Positions 22,530-24,409 of a DNA stretch of 24,409 nucleotides are shown here, piece after piece (the stretch's first letter is position 1; the number at the start of each line of letters is the position of its first letter). Position numbers and translations under genes: made by a program. Origin of the DNA: a virus (Duplodnaviria; Caudoviricetes); IMG/VR virus record IMGVR_UViG_3300009424_000315, positions 1 through 24,409 of that record; one strand, written 5' to 3'. The notes under the pieces are model-generated. The model was not told where the DNA came from. It was given only the letters and a program-made list of their open reading frames with translations, and ran no database searches.

Positions 22530-24136
22530 CAAAACTCTCCCAAGGTTGCGACTTCTAAACTAATTCCAGTGATTTTAAAGTTAATCGACTCAACGGAGGA
22601 TAGATGGATACTTATAAAACGACCAGCTACTGGCCGCGAAAACGTTAACAATTTTGTGGCGGTTGCTGAAAAAATAAGTTCTTCGCTCCACGTAATTGCG
22701 TCATTTAAGTTTTCTTGCGTTCCCAGCTTTACTTTTAATTGTCCATAAGCAAGGTGTAAATAAACACCTGTAATTAATTTGCGAGTGCGTAAGTTTAAAA
22801 ACAATTTACCTGTTTTATCGCGATCAAGCGGCAGAACAGTGCGTTCAATAAAATGGTTACTATTTTCGTTGTAAGATGTCAAACCAAAATCTTGCACAAA
22901 AACTTTATTTACTAACGCGGGAGCTGTCTCAACAACAATAAAAACTTTTTGAAGGTTTCCCCCAAAATAGCCAACATCACCTTCTTCGTGAAACACAGGT
23001 CCTTCTGCGTATGGAACCCCGTTGCTTGGGGCTCCTGTGTAGTCGTCAATATTGGCCGCAAAACCCGAAGAAGCAAAAGAGATTCCAGCACTGGAACGAA
23101 TTGTCGTTGTATTATCTTTATAGTTCCAAACAAGAGCGTGCGTGCATAGCGTATTTTCGTTTAGCGGGAACCACAGTTGAATTTCTTTCTCGCGCGTATT
23201 TACAACAGAAAAGCAGAGACTTATTGCTTGTAAATTAATATTGGAGAAAAACCATTGCTCAAGTTTATTCTCGACCGGATAAGCTATATCAACGCCATTA
23301 AATAGGCAAATACGATCACGGGCTAAAAAGAAATGCGAATTTCGGTTGAGCGGAACCTGAACAAGAGTATCTCTGGCGACACAACCATGGGCAAAATTAC
23401 GCTGTGTGCGATCGTATAGTCGTGCTCCTCCTACAAAGCGAATACCCCAAATAACTTCTTCTTTATATATTAAAAGTTCTTCTCCCATCGGCAACGCATT
23501 AACGATCTCTCCACCTGCAGTATCTGCGAGGGAAAATTCGATGGTTTCTAACGTAGGATCAGTTATATCCCAAGAAACTGGAACAGCTCCGGGTTCCGCC
23601 GGGTGAGATACTAATACAGTATAAGGATAATGAACAGAACCTTTTGTTAAATTAAGAGCGAAAAAAGAATTTTTGAAACTGCGAATAACTTTAGCACGAT
23701 AAGTCGCCGGCCAGTTTGGCAAATCAACTAACAAAGTTTCCGGAGTCTCCCCCGTCCAAACTTGTGGAATGTCAAAAGTGTTGGTAAGAACAACTATTCC
23801 GTTTGCAATTTCCGCTACATATTTAACCTCTGTTGCGGTGGTATAGATACCAGAAGCCCGCGTTATTTTGTTAAAAGTTAAATTAAAATAAAAATAAACA
23901 TCTGTTTCGTCGGCAAACAACCAACCAGCTGTAACCCCTGTCTGTGTGTGGTTAACCCAGAAAGGGGTAAAAGATGGTAAAACTTTAAGAGGAGCAATCC
24001 CTTTAATGTTAACAATCGCTCCGTCAATAAATCGCACATTTAAAGCATTACTGGCAATATTCGCAGGAAGTGTGTGCGCGGAAATATCCTGGCTTACACC
24101 GATGAAACCAAGATTTTCTACAACTGAATCACGCAT
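22529..24136 (-). CDS. tail tubular/nozzle (stabilisation) protein, beta-rich
   Basis: 535 aa, beta-strand-rich. N-terminal G-x-x-x-DI-x-x-x-x-LP...NVRF-x-x-G and LPNWP...IRSFKN-x-x-FALN recall LUZ24/PaP3-type tail proteins (from memory, not searched). Confidence 0.7.
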   Translation of the reverse strand: MRDSVVENLGFIGVSQDISAHTLPANIASNALNVRFIDGAIVNIKGIAPLKVLPSFTPFWVNHTQTGVTAGWLFADETDVYFYFNLTFNKITRASGIYTTATEVKYVAEIANGIVVLTNTFDIPQVWTGETPETLLVDLPNWPATYRAKVIRSFKNSFFALNLTKGSVHYPYTVLVSHPAEPGAVPVSWDITDPTLETIEFSLADTAGGEIVNALPMGEELLIYKEEVIWGIRFVGGARLYDRTQRNFAHGCVARDTLVQVPLNRNSHFFLARDRICLFNGVDIAYPVENKLEQWFFSNINLQAISLCFSVVNTREKEIQLWFPLNENTLCTHALVWNYKDNTTTIRSSAGISFASSGFAANIDDYTGAPSNGVPYAEGPVFHEEGDVGYFGGNLQKVFIVVETAPALVNKVFVQDFGLTSYNENSNHFIERTVLPLDRDKTGKLFLNLRTRKLITGVYLHLAYGQLKVKLGTQENLNDAITWSEELIFSATATKLLTFSRPVAGRFISIHLSSVESINFKITGISLEVATLGEF

Positions 24137-24409
24137 CTGCCGGTAACTCCGTCAGCACTGTACCCCACATACTGGAAATGTCTCCGGCAGTTAGTTGCAA
24201 TGCGGGCGGAAGCACGCCTGCGTATGCTGTGAGCAGCGCCAGCACATCTGCATAGAGAAACATGTTGGCGCGCAGCGAGCGTGCCTCGAACTGGTAGGCC
24301 GCAATGGCGTCGGTAGACTCCAGTGCGGCAATGAAAGCCTCGATCTCGGCCAGCAATCCGAACCTGCGCAGCCCGTAATGCCACTGCGCCTGCGTCAGCG
24401 GCGTATCCG
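24129..24409 (-). CDS. 3' part of a probable tail-fibre-associated/chaperone-like protein (runs off the right edge)
   Basis: The frame is open from the window end (DTPLTQAQWHYGLRRFGLLAEIEAFIAAL...ELPADA*). The stop overlaps the next start by 8 nt. Confidence 0.55.
   Translation of the reverse strand, partial: DTPLTQAQWHYGLRRFGLLAEIEAFIAALESTDAIAAYQFEARSLRANMFLYADVLALLTAYAGVLPPALQLTAGDISSMWGTVLTELPADA

Noticed and set aside
1-24409. Genome-wide reassignment of TGA (alternative genetic code)
   Set aside because: Many genes end in TGA with ATGA coupling to the next start, and long ORFs are intact under the standard code. Only local read-through remains possible.

Overview
A 24.4-kb fragment of a tailed dsDNA phage or prophage genome, probably podovirus-like, made of two convergent arms. 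The + arm (1-13139) runs from small early hypothetical genes, past a perfect sigma70 promoter, into a recombination/replication block: RHH-like regulator, Cas4-like PD-(D/E)XK nuclease, Sak4/AAA_24-like ATPase, SSB-like protein, tRNA-Leu(UAA), RecD/Dda-like helicase, a ParB-DNA methyltransferase fusion, a family A DNA polymerase split into two in-frame genes, a DUF1937/deoxyribosyltransferase-like protein and a DUF3987-like ATPase. The - arm (13153-24409) is a virion tail/ejection module ending in a 2037-aa polyvalent protein with ART-like, zincin-like and PLxRFG-like domains. The best candidate for an unusual system is the polymerase locus. It has a degenerate UDG domain, a TGA-CCA-ATG in-frame split, non-canonical motif A/B residues (Asp at the steric gate, His at the F762 position) and a Cys4 zinc-ribbon insertion. 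It is flanked by a methyltransferase and a nucleotide-processing enzyme, and no primase is visible. A 34-bp palindromic element occurs twice, 9.3 kb apart, bracketing most of this block. All family assignments come from motif recognition by eye; no database searches were run.
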